DNA of 64,000 bases from the human T2T-CHM13v2.0 reference genome, Homo sapiens (GCF_009914755.1 NC_060938.1), one strand, 5' to 3'; positions 1 to 15,040 are shown, counted from the first letter of the stretch. Notes: a model not told the origin generated them from the sequence alone. A program made the numbers and translations.

Positions 1-722
1 GAGATACCATCTCACACCAGTTAGAATGGCGATCATTAAAAAGTCAGGAAGCAACAGGTGCTGGAGAGGATGTGGAGAAATAGGAACACTTTTACACTGT
101 TGGTGGGACTGTAAACTAGTTCAACCATTGTGGAAGGGAGTGTGGCGATTCCTCAGGGATCTAGAACTAGAAATACCATTTGACCCAGCCATCCCATTAC
201 TGGGTATATACCCAAAGGATTATAAATCATGCTGCTATAAAGACACATGCACACGTATGTTTATTGTGGCACTATTCACAATAGCAAAGACTTGGAACCA
301 ACCCAAATGTCAAACAATGATAGACTGGATTGAGAAAATGTGGCACATATACACCATGGAATACTATGCAGCCATAAAAAATGATGAGTTCATGTCATTT
401 GTAGGGACATGGATGAAGCTGGAAACCATCATTCTCAGCAAACTATCGCAAGGACAACAAACCAAACACCGCGTGTTCTCACTCATAGGTGGGAATTGAA
501 CAATGAGAACACATGGACACAGGAATGGGAACATCACACACCAGGGACTGTTGTGGGGTGGGGGGATGGGGGAGGGATAGCATTAAGAGATATACCTAAT
601 GCTAAATGATGAGTTAATGGGTGCAGCACACCAACATGGCACATGTATAAATATGTAACAAACCTGCACATTGTGCACATGTACCCTAAAACTTAAAGTA
701 TAATAATACTAAAATAACAAAA
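1..722 (+). mobile_element. L1PA LINE-1 3' end (ORF2 C-terminus, 3'UTR, A-rich tail)
   Basis: ORF 26-499 is the L1 ORF2 Cys-rich C-terminus ([25 protein letters not shown]...SLIGGN), followed by the G-rich 3'UTR and tgtaccctaaaacttaaagtataataa. Confidence 0.95.
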
Positions 723-724
723 AG

Positions 725-1420
725 TCTTAACTTGGTCAGCCTCCAACTCAAATGTCTAAAGTCTCATCTGAGTCTTAAGGCAATTTCCCTCCATCTGTGA
801 GCTTGCAAAATTAAAAAAAAAAACATTGCAAATGTTGTGTATTCCAAGGTACAATTATGGTACAGGCATTGGGTAAATTATTCCAATCCAAAATAGATAA
901 ATTGGCCAAAGGAATGGCCAACAGCGCTCCCCCACCCCCACACACACATATAACCCAGTAGAGCAGATATTAAATCTTAAAGTTACAGAATAACCTCTCT
1001 CAAATTTATGTAATTCAACCAGGGCACAGTGGGACAAGGGTTGGCTCCCCAAAACCTCAGGCAGCCCATCACTGTAGTTTTGCTGGGCGCAGTCCTTGGG
1101 GCTCCATTCATGAGTCAGAGTCAAGTGCTGTAAGCTTTTCTAGGCTGAGGGTGCAAGTTGCCCATGGATCTACCATTCTGCAGTCTTGAGATCTGTGGCC
1201 ACATTCCCACAGTTCCACTATGTAGTGCCCCAGTGTGGACTTTGAATGGGGGCTCCAACCCCATCTTTCCACATCTTTGGCACTGCCCTAGTAGAGGCTC
1301 TCTGTGGTGGCTCCACTCCTGCAGCAAGCTTTTTCCTGGGCACATAGGGCTCTCTGCACATCTGAAATCAAGGTAGAAACTGCCCAGCCTCCTTCACTGT
1401 TGCATTCTGCATATCTGCCC
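725..1420. mobile_element. MaLR (MST/THE1-type) internal fragment
   Basis: Motifs such as ggatctaccattctg and cactgccctagtagagg typical of MST/THE1-int. Confidence 0.6.
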
Positions 1421-3030
1421 GAATCCAGGTCTCCCAGCACTATTTACTGAATACGGAGTTTTTTTTTTTTAATCTATGGCTTGATTCTTGTCAACCTTAT
1501 CAAATGTCAAATGGTTTAGGTGTGTAGCTCTATTTCTGTTTTCTGTTTTGTTCTTTTTTTTTTCTGTGTGTCTGCTCTTGCACCAGTACCAAGCTGTTTT
1601 TCTTACTTTGTAATGTTAAATCTGGTAGCATGATGCCTCTGGCATTGATCTTTTTGTTTAGGATTGCTTTGGCTATTCAGGGTCTTTCTTGGTTCCATAT
1701 ATATTTTAGAATATGTATGGGTTTTTTAATTCTGTGAAGAATGATGGTAATAATTTGATGGAAATAACATCGAATCTGCAAATTACTTTGGGCAGTATGA
1801 CCATTTTGGCAATATTGATTCCTCCAATCCAGGAGCATGAAATGTTTTTTTCCATTTATTTGTGTCATTTATGATTTATTTCTGCAGTGTTTTGTTGTTC
1901 TCCTTGAAGAGATCTTTCATCTTGTTTGTTACCTGCATTCCTAAGCATGTCATTTTCTTTGAAGATATTGTACATGGGATAGGACTGTGTTCTTGATTTT
2001 ATTCTCAGCATGGATGTGGTTGGGATATAGAAATGCTGGTGATTTTTGTACATTGATTTTGCATCCTTACACTTTACTAAAGTTATTTATCTATTCTAGA
2101 ATTACTTTGGGGGATTTTCTAGGCATAGAATTGTATCATCAGTGAAGACAGATGGATTGAATTATTTTCCTGTTTGGATGCTGTGTTAGTCCATTCTCAG
2201 ACTATAAACACCTGAGACTAGGTAATTTATAAAGAAAAGAGTTTTAATTGCTCATGGTTCTGCGAGTTGTACAGGAAGCATGGCTGGGGAGGCATCAGGA
2301 TCCTGACAATCATGACAGAAAGGGAAGCATCATGTCTTACATGGCAGGAGCAGGAGGAAGAGACAAGGGGGAGGTGCCACACACTTTGAAACCAGATCTC
2401 CTGAGAGCTCTGTCACCAGAACAGCGTGAGAGAGGAAAACACAACCCCATGATCGAATCACCTTTCACCAGGCCCCACCTCCAACACTGGGGATTACAGT
2501 TAGACATGAGATTTGGGTGGGGACACAAATCAAAACCACATCAGCTGCCTTTCATTTTTGCTCCTGCCTGATTGTTCTAACTAGGATTTATAGTGTTATA
2601 TTGAATAGGAGTAGTGAGAGACAGTATCCTTCTCTTGTTCCAGTTCTCAAGGTGTTTGAGCTTTTGCTCATTTAGCATGATGTTTACTGAGTTTGTCACA
2701 GATGGCTCTTATTATTTTGAGGTATGTTTTGATGCCTAGTCTGTTGAAGGTTTTTATGACGAGTGGATGTTGGATCCTATCAAATGCTTTCGCAGGATCT
2801 ATTGAGATAATCCTATGTTTTTTGCTTTTATTCTGCTCACATGGCGAATCACAGTTACTGATTTGTGGATGTTGAATGAACCTTGCATCCCAGGGTAAAT
2901 CCCATTTGATCATGATGTATTACATTTTAAAGTGCTTCTGGATTCTATTTGCTAGTATTTTGTTGAGGACTTTTAGATCTATGTTCATCAGGAATATTCA
3001 TCTTATATACTTTTTTCATTATGTCTCTTC
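1421..3030 (-). mobile_element. Old L1 ORF2 fragment, interrupted by an MST LTR
   Basis: Minus-strand translations resemble L1 RT ([15 protein letters not shown]); T-rich plus strand. Confidence 0.75.
2181..2545. mobile_element. MST-type MaLR LTR
   Basis: tgttagtccattctc...taatttataaagaaaagag...gagatttgggtggggacacaaat...accacatca. Confidence 0.75.
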
Positions 3031-3034
3031 CTGA

Positions 3035-4130
3035 TGGAGTGTGCCAAGAACACACAGTAGAGAAAGGACAGTCTTTTCAATAATGATGTAAAAACTGGGC
3101 ATCCATATAAAAAGAAATAAAATTAGGCCTCCTTTAACATGATATAAAAATCAACTAAAAATGAACATAATACCTGAAACCATAAACTCATAGACAACAT
3201 GGAAAAAGAAAAAACTTCCTGTCATTGACTCAGAACTGATTTATTTGAATTTAATACCAAAACACAGGAAAAACTATGCGTAATTATATATCTGACAAGA
3301 AGTTCAAACAAAATATATAAATAAGCCATACAACTCAATAACAAATAACAAGTGACCTGATTAAAAAAGGCAAAATTCTGGATAGATTTTTTTTCAGAAG
3401 ACACACACATGGCAAACGGAAAATGAAAAGTTTCTCAATATTCCTAATTATCAGGGGAATTCAAATAAAAAGCACAATGATATACCACTTCAAAGCAGTT
3501 AAAATGGCTATTATCAGCAAGACAAAACTTTAAAAATGTTGGCAACAATGTGGAGAAAAAGGAATCCTTATATGATGTGGTAGGATTGGTTACTCAACAA
3601 ATTGAAAATAAAACTATCTTATGATCTAGTGATTCCACTTCTTGTTATATATTAAAAGGAAATAAAATTATTATGCAAAAGACATGTTCATTGCAAGATT
3701 ATTAATAATAGTGTAGATTTGTAAACTAATTTAAGGGCCATACATTGATAAATGTATAAATAAAATGTGTATACATAAAACTAAATTTATGACGCTTTGA
3801 AAAGAAGGAAATTCTGACATTTGCAATAACGTGGATGGACCTGGAGGACATGATGCTGAGTGGAATAAGCCAGATGCAGAAAGACAAATGCTTCATGATC
3901 TCATTTACGTGTGGGATCTAAAATATCCAAGGTCTTAAAAGCAGAGAGTAGACTAGAGGGTGTCAGGACCTGGGAGGAGAGGGAATTTGGGTGATGTTTG
4001 TCAAAGGGTACAGAGTTTCAGTTGTGCAGGGTGAATGAGTTCTGGAAATCTAATGTACAGCAATGTTCCTATAGTTAATACTTTACTGTAAAAACGATTT
4101 TTGCTAACAGGGTAGATTTTAGTTGTTCTC
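3035..4130 (+). mobile_element. Old L1 (L1M-type) 3' region
   Basis: A-rich degenerate ORF2 end and 3'UTR motifs (tggatggacctggaggacat...agccaga...agacaaat). Confidence 0.7.
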
Positions 4131-4239
4131 ATCAGACACACACACACATGCAGTAAACTTAAAAAAATAAAATTGTAGCTCTGTGAGATGATATACACAC
4201 AAATTACCTTGACTACGATGATCATTTTACAATGTGTAT

Positions 4240-4665
4240 CTGATATGGTTTGGATCCGTATCTTGACCCAAATCTCATGTTATATTATAATCCTCATTCC
4301 TGAAAGTAGGACCTGTTGGGACATGACTGGGTCATGGGGTACGTCTTTCATGAATGGTTTAGCAACAACTCCTGCTGCTGTTCTCATGACAGTGCGTGAG
4401 TTCTCACAAGATCTGGTGTCTAACGGTGTGTAGACCCGCCCCGCACCCCCCCACCGCACGCCTCCTGTGGCTCCTGCTCTGGCCATGTGATTGCCCTGCT
4501 CCTCTTTGTCTTCTGCCATGATTCTAACTTTCCTGAGTCTCCCCAGAAGAATAAACAACTACATTTCCTATAGAGCCTGCAGAATCATGAGCCAATTAAA
4601 CATCTTTTTCTTTTTTTCAAATTAGTCTCAGGCATTTCTTTATAGCAATGTGAGAATGGCCTAAG
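4240..4665. mobile_element. MST-type MaLR LTR
   Basis: tgatatggtttggat...gcctgcagaatcatgagccaattaaa...tctttatagcaatgtgagaa. Confidence 0.75.
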
Positions 4666-4920
4666 ACAAAGCATCAAGTGGTGCATTGTTCCTCAACCAT
4701 ATACTTTTAAAAAATTTTTTCAAATATACCTCAATGAAACTGAAAAAAGTTAAAATTACTCTTACAAGAAAGAAATGCATACGTCATGTTTTCGCAATAA
4801 AAATGAGACAACATAGGAAAACTTACACTAAGGTATTTGTAACAGCTTTGCTTATAATATTCATAAACTAGAAACAAATTTAAAGTCCATCAACAAAAAA
4901 TAGATCAATATGTTGTTATG

Positions 4921-6048
4921 TATGGGATGTCAATGTCACTTTATTACATTCTTTATTCTTTTAAGTTATCTCTAAAATCTCTAAAAATTAATTTTTCCAA
5001 AGCACCACTCAAAACCAGGGTATTATTAGAACTTGTGGGTGTAATCGTTGGACCAATATTAAGAATAAATTCAATTTAGTTCACATGCTGTCAAATATCC
5101 TTTTTTCTTTAAAACTTGTTCACAGTTGTAATATCAGACAAATATTAGTAATCTATACTTATGACACAGGTTAAAAAATTGTTTAAATAGTTTAATGACA
5201 TTTGATTGGAAAAAAGAATACACATTCCACATATGTCTTGACTACCTTTTTCTTCTCTATGAAATATATGCTTATTAATTTTTAAGTTACGGATGTTACC
5301 CTTATCTTTTTATTTTCCAGAAGTTAATTTCAGTAGGTATATTTGAATGGATTTTATTAATTCATATAATAATGTTCATTACTGAATGTTTTGGATAGGC
5401 ATGTAATGTCATTTTTATTATGTTCTGAATTTTAAATTATTTTATACATTATTTTTTGTTTTTATGAGAAAATTTACATATAAGAGGAAATGCATAGATC
5501 TGGAATTTGTCACTAGAGAGTTTCTGGCAAACGTGAATACTCTTGTCCCCGGCACCTAAGGTAGACTGAAGAGCAAGTCCATCCCCCAACACAGGTCTTC
5601 CTGTGCCTGTGGTCAGCTCCTGTGTGGGGAAATGTTTAGATTTCTGACAATACAGATCCATGTTTTTCTCTTTTGAACTTCTCATAAGTGGAATCTAACA
5701 TTATAGAGCTGTTTTTGGTAAGGGGCTACTTTTGCTATTGTTGAGGTTTCTTCATGCTATTTAACGTATACAATTAGATCAACCTATTGTCATACATTCA
5801 ATGAATGGACTGATTCAACTGAAACCTCAAAGTCGTTATGTATATATGTAGAGAGAGAGGAAGGACAGAAATTTTATATCTGAGTTAGTCCATTAAGAAT
5901 TTATTCTTAATATTGGTCCAACGATTACACCCACAAGTTCTAATAATACACTGGTTTTGAGTGGTGCTTTGGAAAGATTAATTTTTAGAGATTTTAGAGA
6001 TAACTTAAAAGAATAAAGACTGTAGTAAAGTGGCATTGACATCCCATA
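4921..6048. repeat. 152-bp inverted repeat pair (4921-5072 / 5897-6048) flanking an inverted segment
   Basis: Reverse complement of 4921-5072 matches 5897-6048 with 5 mismatches counted by eye. Confidence 0.92.
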
Positions 6049-6350
6049 TCAGAAAGCAATTGAAAATAAGTAATACATATAAATTCCTGAGAATAAACCT
6101 CGAACTACAGGAAGGGTATCATGTATAGTAGGTTGTAATATGTTTATTGTTAAAATTATCACCTTTATGTTGTTTTGAAAAATTAAAGGTAAGCATAAGA
6201 AAATAAAGTGCTTTTGTGTTTATTTGGGGCAACAACAGCATGTTGAGAAAACTGAAGAGCCCTGTAATCCTGAGGAGGTGGCCTAATCTAAGGAGAGAGA
6301 GGCTCCAGATCCTGTGGACACAGAGGGTTAAACCGATTCTGCCCATCTAG

Positions 6351-6990
<640 letters not shown>

Positions 6991-8580
6991 TAGGTTCCTC
7001 CAGGTTCTGGAAAATCTCATTTCCTATAGGATTTTTTTTTTTTAGAAGGCTCTTGGTACATTTCTCAGTAATTAATCCTCCCCAATTCAGACCCATAAAA
7101 AAATTATTTGGATTGTATACCTGAGAATCTGGAAGATTTTGAAGGAAAGTTCAGAAGACTATGGAGTGTAGGTCCCCAGGAATCTCACCCTAGTCCACAT
7201 CTGCCGTTTAGGCTTTCATAGCATTTACCATGTGTGTGCTCTCACCAACTCGTGCTTTCTTCAAGTTCTTTTCCAGTTCAGCCAGTGTCAACTCTGATCC
7301 TGGACATGTCTGTATCTTCAGTATTTGGAATGGGTAATTTCCCTTGCAATTTCAATTCCTTGATAGATTTCAAAAATTGTTGATGTTCAAATTGTGCAGA
7401 TGTTTTTTGACATAAGAATGAGCTTGATGACTTTCCTAATCTTTACATGTTAGAGCATGTAAAGGTGATCTGATGTGTGTATCATGAATGCTATGTGTGA
7501 TGTTATGTATGTAAAGGTTATGTAAAGCTTATGATGTAAAGGTTATGTATCAGATGATATCATGGTCTTACAGGTGTCCCTAGCCCTGGACTGGAGCCAG
7601 TGGGAGAACCTGGGCCTTTGCACCTGTGACAGGAACTCTCATTCCTTAAACACAAGGCATTCTAATGAGAAAGCTGATATCAGGTGAGGTGCAAAGCAGT
7701 GGAGAGGAGATAGAGGTGCCCTTTAACTTCAAGAATTGCTGGAACTTGAATACCAAGATCATCTCTGAAAGGCAGTGGTCTACTGGTGAGGATATCAGTC
7801 AGCTCTGCCTTCAGGAATCTTTGTATGTGTGGAAAGCATCAGGGGTGTGATTTATTTTCTTCTGCTCATCCAGTGTATTTCAGAGAAAAATAAAATGCAA
7901 TGTAAGTAAGCATGTTCAATATACATGTTAAGAGAGAGAACATGTATAATTCATGGCAATAGAAGTGCTCACTTAATAGCTTGCAGAAGGAGCAGGTGCG
8001 CAATTGACAGGAGGATGCTCCCTGCCCCAGGAAGCAGGTGCCTTAGAACTGCACTGTAGATGCCTTGCATCAGTGGAACCTGGGCGTGTGTCTGGGATCT
8101 TGTAGGTAGTGTGGAGAGCAGAGCACAGCTCCATTTCTCCTCACTCTGTGACCTAGCATGTGGACCCTCCCTCTGGGCTTTATTCTAGTAAGGTGTTAAT
8201 TTGATATAGCAGCAGTAGCTTTACCTGCAACCTTTCAAGGAAGGGCCAGTGCTGTTCAGAGTCGTTATTACTGTTGTCGTTCCCACCCTTGTAAACCAGA
8301 AAAATACCTGTGTGACCCTCAACTCAGACCTCAGATGACCCTTTGCAGAGGAAGCACCTGCTTTGTTTCTGTCACAAACATGTTACTGGATACTGGATAA
8401 TATGTGTGACTTGTTATAGAATGTATCTTAATTATGTTACCTTAGTTAAAATTAGGATTAGTATATGATACTCTGGGAATTTAGCTGAAGATATTTCTTA
8501 GCAAAGTGTTGATGATGTGTCCTGATATCTCATTGCTTATAACAGTACAATATGAGAGGAGAAAAAAATTAAAGAGGAAA

Positions 8581-9090
8581 TGTTGGGAACAGGCCCCCCA
8601 AAATCTGGCCATAAACTGGCCCCAAAACTGGCCACAAACAAAATATCTGCAGCACTGTGACATGTTCATGATGGCCATAATGCCCACGCTGGAAGGTTGT
8701 GGGTTTACCGGAATGAGGGCAAGGAACACCTGGCCCCCCCAGGGCAGAAAACCGCTTAAAGGCGTTCTTAAACCACAAACAATAGCATGAGTGATCTGTG
8801 CCTTAGGGCATGTTCCTGCTGCAGATAACTAGCCAGACCCACCCCCTTTAATTCGGTCCATCCCTTCATTTCCCATAAGGGATACTTTTAGTTAATTTAA
8901 TATCTATAGAAACAATATTAATGGCTGGCTTGCTGTTAATAAATACGTGGGTAAATCTTTCTTCAGGGCTCTCAGCTCTGAAGGCTGTGAGACCCCTGAT
9001 TTCCCACTTCACACCTCTATATTTCTGTGTGTGTCTTTAATTCCTCTAGCACCGCTGGGTTAGGGTCTCCCGACTGAGCTGGTCTCAGCA
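8581..9090 (+). mobile_element. Solo MER9 LTR (HERV-K HML-3 group)
   Basis: TG...CA termini (tgttgggaacaggcccccc...ctggtctcagca), internal AATAAA, 6-bp TSD aggaaa/acgaaa. Confidence 0.88.
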
Positions 9091-10418
9091 ACGAAACTAT
9101 TGAGCAATGTGTTACCAGGTATTTTATACACAAGGGAGGTTTTCTCATCTTCTGGAAACTCCAGTGAAATGAAAAATTCGAGAAAATGTAAGACGTATTT
9201 TTACATTCTAGACACACGAGTAATAGAAACTTCAATTTAAATGCAAAAATGCACAGCAAGGAAGTCAAAATTCTGCAGCAGATCATTTTACCTAGTAGGC
9301 AGCTTAAACTATTTATAATATGACCTAAATATTCAAGAGGTAAACTTCAGAGATATCCAAATAAATAATTACAAAATTTCAATGTTCAATGACTGGTTGA
9401 GAGAAGATTGAACTAACATTATTTTGATGCATCACACCTCAATAATCAAACTATGGCCAATTGTCCAAATGTTGCAAGAGGATGCCTGAGGAAATAATTT
9501 CTATCTCCCTTATTTAGGAGTGCTGGCACAACCCAACATCCCCGAAAACCTGGGGTCTACTAAGAATAAAGCCAGAAATTTGAATTAGCATGAAGGATTT
9601 AAAGGCCTCACTCACTGACTGGGCTGACTGGTGAAGATGTTCTCCATGAGGCTACACTGTGAACAGTGGGTATGGTCTCTGTTTGTTTGAATGAAAGATA
9701 ATGAAGAAGGCAAAAGGATTCATGGATCAGGAACCACACTAAAAACTAAATTATGTACTTTAGGAGATTTACATATGAAAAACCTGAAAATGAATTATGC
9801 CGTTGCATTCTCTCATTTGTGTTTGATGTGAGACATATTTTCTTTTTTAGAAACCTATTTTAAATCATGGATTTTCATCTCCACTGTGATAGATGAAACT
9901 ACTACTGCCCCTGGTGAGCCTCATTATTGAGTCTCTAATGTGCACTTGGCATGTGCGGAGAGTTGGGAAGAAGTGACCAGGGCTCTGACCATTGAAGCTG
10001 AAGTTCTATGAGAGAGTCTGTGAGAATGTAGACAATACAAGACAGAGGGCAATGTTGGGTGAATTTCTGAGGAATAGGGAAGAATAGCAGAATGAGGCAG
10101 GGATCAGGACACCATTCAGCTTGAATTTCTCTATGTGCATTCTCCTAGTGGAATCAGAGAGATACAGCTTAGGACACAGCCCCAGGGCAGCCTTCAGAGA
10201 CTCTGCACAGAACACAGCCCAGCAAGGTAGCGACAAGTTTTATCTTTGTGTTTGTCTTCCTGCCTCCATCACAATAAATTCTGAGAGCTGCCTGCATTTC
10301 TCTTGGGTGAAAATGCTGCGCACCAATCACCATAGTGTGAATGAGAAGTGAGAGGTCAAAATTATTCTTGGAGGACAGGGAACTTTGTGAGACAGAGGTG
10401 AGAAAATGATTATAACAA

Positions 10419-11282
10419 CATGGGGACACGTGTGCTTGTCAGAAGAAAGAGTCCACGTGGGGACATGTTTGCTTGTCTGAGAGAAGAGTCCATATGTAGA
10501 CAAGTGTACTTCTCTGAGGGAAGGGTCACAGTGGAGACAATCATGCTTGTCTTAGTGAAGAATCCCTGTGGGAATATGTGTGCTTTCCATGCGGAAGAGT
10601 TCACATGGGAAAATGCGTGCTTGTCTAAGGGAAGAGTCTACAATGGAGAATGGGTGTTTCAGAGAAGAGTCCCTGTGGGAATATGTGTGCTTCCCATGCA
10701 GAAGAGTTCACATGGGAAAATGCGTGCTTGTCTAAGGGAAGAGTCTACAATGGAGAACGGGTGTTTGAGAGAAGAGTCCATGTGAGGACCTGTGGGCTTG
10801 TCTGAGAGTAGAGTCCACATGTGGACATGCAGACCTATCTGAGTGATGAGCCCGTGAGGAAATATGTGTGCTTGTTATACGGGAGTTCACATGGGAACAT
10901 GTGTGCTTGTCATATGGAAGGGTTCATATGGGAACAGCTGTGCTTGTCTAAGGGAAGAGTCTACCTGGGAATACGTGTGCTTGTCTGAGGGAAGGGACTA
11001 CATGGGGAAATGGGTGTTTGCCTGTGAGAAATGTCCATGTGAGGACATATGGGCTTGTGGGAGAAGAGTCTACTCAGGGGAAAATGCATTTGTGGGAGGA
11101 AGATGTCCACATGAAACAATGTGTGCTTGTCTGAAAGTACAGTCCACAAGAAGCCACGTGTGCTTGTGTGTGGCAAGAGTCCATGAGGGGACAGACGTGT
11201 TTGTCTGAAAGAAGAATTCATGTGCAGACACATCTGCTTGTCTGAAGATATAGTGCATGTGGGAACATGTGGGCTTGTCTGA
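10419..11282. repeat. Degenerate minisatellite, ~36-bp unit, ~24 copies, with a 107-bp higher-order duplication
   Basis: Recurring gtgtgcttgtctgagggaagagtccacatgggaa; block starting at 10564 repeated at 10671. Confidence 0.9.
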
Positions 11283-11441
11283 ATTCATGATAAGTGGGCT
11301 GGAATTCATCCTCCACTCATCACGTATGCACCTGACCCACTCCTGTGCTTTCCATCCAGTGCCTACAGGAAGCACTGATTGTGACAGAGAATCCAGAGGC
11401 AGCACAGGTGAGTGAGGGGGTTTGCAAGGGCTTCACCAGGC
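11283..11441 (-). pseudogene. IGHVII-40-1: IGHV clan II pseudogene fragment (FR1 to CDR2)
   Basis: Minus strand LVKPLQTPSLTCAASGFSVTISAS...EWVRC; gcacctgacccactcc shared with the clan II remnant near 43365; FR2 deletion; no leader or RSS. Symbol from gene order. Confidence 0.8.
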
Positions 11442-12174
11442 TGATAATTGACTGAGAAAAACAGTTGTTAGCATGCACAAGTTCTGGATGATACATTGGA
11501 AACCCTACCTACACACATTTTGGTAAAAATAATAAAACCCACTTCTGTTCAATTTTTGAGATTTCTAGACCAATTCAGTTGATTCTGAAGTTAGATTCAG
11601 GCAAATATGTAATAAACTTGCACCAAATTAAAAACAAGGATGAAATACGGTCAGGGAAATGGATATTGAATTATTTCCATTTTCTATGATGAGGCTGATT
11701 TTTAGAATAGAAATGGTTTGAGAGCCTAATGGTGTCCTAAATCTGAAATCACAGTTAGATCTGAGCAGCAATCACAGGAAGTGGAGGTCTCACCCCCCAT
11801 GAGAAAGCACCTGTGTCTATAAAACTGCACTGGGAGGTCTCTGCAGGCTCTGAGTTGTGTAGGACTAACTCCTACCCCAGACTCAGGAAACATGAAAATC
11901 TCTACTCTTTTTGTCGAGAAGGTCAGAGTTAGTGTGCAGAAAGAAGCAGATTACTTAAGATCTCTGCACATGGACAGGAATCATATAATATGAGAAACAA
12001 GTGATCTCACTCTAAATTTAACAGTCCCTCAAGAGAAAGGCTACTATGTGCCTGGACCCTGCACAGAAATAAGTAATAATTCATTTGGGGTAAATGTGAA
12101 AATTACAGTTGTTTGTAGACTGCATGCTTGCTTCTCTATGTCATATGAAAGAACCGAATAAAATTAGGTATTCC

Positions 12175-12575
12175 ATGAGATCCAGTCATTTGCAACAACA
12201 TGGATGGAACTGGAGGTCACTATGTTAAGTGAAAAAGACCAGGCACTGAAAAAAAAAGCATTGCAGGTTCTTACTTATGTGTGTGCTCTAAAAATCAACA
12301 GAATTAAACTCAGGAACACGGATGGTAGAAGGATGGTAACTGGAGTCTGGGAGGCTAGTGGGGGCCAGAGAACAGGTGGATATGGTTAATGGGTACAAAA
12401 TACAGAGTTAGAAAGAATGAATAACACCTACTATTTAGTAGCAAAATAGTGTGACTATAATCAATAATGACTTAATTGCACATAATAAAATTACTTCCAA
12501 AGTGAAATTGGAATGTTTTTGTAAATCAAAGGACAAATGATTGAAGGGATGAATACCCCATTAACCATAAACCAA
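12175..12575 (+). mobile_element. Old L1 3' end fragment
   Basis: catttgcaacaacatggatggaactggagg and L1M 3'UTR motifs. Confidence 0.7.
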
Positions 12576-13044
12576 CAAATAAAATTATGTGTTCTGAAGT
12601 AAATATCCCTAGAGTATATGTTGGCCCAGAGAATGCACCTCTCAACCCTCCAACATCAGGGAGCCTATGGACCAGACACCCAGCTGCCCCTCTCTGACAT
12701 CCATGACCTGGTTTGTGCCAAAGCCCCACATCCTGGGAGCTTGTCCTAGACAATGACTGCACAGTGGAGATACTAAGGTGTGGCTGCTGTTGAGCACATG
12801 GGTTATCCCTGAAGGGCAACTGTGGTTAGGGAGGCACTGAGGGTCTTGCTGGGCTCAGCTTAAACCATACGTTAGTTAGGATGATCCATCAACCCCCTGC
12901 CCTTTCTCCTGCACTTGTGGTGAGATTTGCATCCTGGGTTGACAGTGTCTACAGCCTCACCTGACTTCCTGGGCATTTTTTCTGCTTCCATCAGTGACAC
13001 TTGCAGATGAGAATTTTTCCTCCTATAATAATGAAGTCTTTTTT

Positions 13045-13337
<293 letters not shown>

Positions 13338-13523
13338 GTGTTTAAACTTAGCAACCTCATTAGTGGGCACAGAAAAATAAATATACAGAGGCTCACCAGG
13401 AAACAGTTAGATGTAGACGAAGCCACAGACCCTCTTGACATCCATCTGCACCTGCCTTTGGGCTGTCCCTGTCTTCAGGGGATCCTGGGCACCCTCTGGT
13501 GGCCCCGCGTGCCCCTGCAGGGA

Positions 13524-13562
13524 GGTTTGTGTCTGGGCTCACACGGACTTCCTCTCACTGTG
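13524..13562 (-). promoter_or_regulatory. 23-RSS of IGHV3-41
   Basis: CACAGTG (13562-13556), 23-nt spacer, ACACAAACC (13532-13524). Confidence 0.92.
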
Positions 13563-14015
<453 letters not shown>

Positions 14016-14109
14016 GGTGAATCCTCTGTGTTCAGTCCTGATCACAAAATGAAAGCACCTGAAAATCCCAGGGCTGGGGCTCCTCTCCCACAGCTGCAGG
14101 GTCAGGGCT

Positions 14110-14149
14110 GGGCTGGTTTTCATAAGCAGAGGGAGGGCTCTATTTGCAT
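14110..14149 (-). promoter_or_regulatory. VH promoter: octamer and TATA-like element
   Basis: ATGCAAAT at 14149-14142, TTATGAAAA downstream. Confidence 0.85.
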
Positions 14150-14884
14150 GTCTCCTACTACATGCCAAGCTCTGGGATGGGACGCCTGAGGAGAGAGTGG
14201 GGCTCAGAGCATGTCAGAGCGTCCTGGGGGAGATTTGTGATATTGATAGCATTTGGAAATTCTTGTTTCTTATTGTAAGTTTGTTCTATGATAAACCCTT
14301 AAAACCTATAAAACTTATAGTTTTGTAATTTTTATTTTAAAACAGTTTTATTGAGGTACAATTGATCTACATAAACTGTGTGTATTTAAAGTTTGCACCA
14401 ATCATCTTTTATTTTTCCATATGCACAGAAACCATGGTATGTAGTATCAATGTTATTTCCACGTTACAGATGAAAAAATATCAGCAAAACACAGATGGAT
14501 TGTACAATGTCCCCAGCACTCACATTTGGTCAGAGTGAGTCTGGTTATCTGGGCCTGTGCTTCTCACCACTGGTCCTGACTTCTCCCTGAGCCAAGCCCA
14601 GCATACAGGAGGTCACACCAAGTGAGGTTTGCAGAACCTTTTCTCTGTAATGAGAACATGGTGTGATGTGTATGCACTGTTGCGATTACCTAACAAAAAG
14701 TAAAGTATGTTTCCTACAGTTTTATTTTCTTGATTGTCATACATTTGTCATGTAAGTGTCTATATTTCCATCAATCTTAATTGAACAAATTATCCATCCA
14801 CTTATTTGCAATACCCTTATTGAGGCATTATTGCCACGTAATAAATACTGCATAATTAAAGTGTCTGGTTGAATACACACTGAA

Positions 14885-15040
14885 GCCGAGCATGGTGGTG
14901 CACAGCTGTAGTCCCAGCTAGATAGGGCAGAGGGAGGAGGATTGCTGGAGACCCAGGGTCTGAGGCTGCAGAGAGCTATGATGTCACCACGGAGCTCCAG
15001 CCTGGATGACAAAGCAAGAAAATGTCTCCAAAGGAAAAAA
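14885..15040 (+). mobile_element. Old Alu monomer (FRAM/AluJ-like)
   Basis: gccgagcatggtggtgcacagctgtagtcccagcta...ctccagcctgg plus A-rich tail. Confidence 0.65.

Noticed and set aside
26-499. 157-aa ORF
   Set aside because: L1 ORF2 C-terminus, not a host gene; activity cannot be judged because the element runs off the window
10419-11282. Array as CRISPR-like or coding repeat (ORFs 10420-10785, 10864-11208)
   Set aside because: Contiguous degenerate units with no unique spacers and no cas genes in primate DNA; the ORFs are by-products of the repeat
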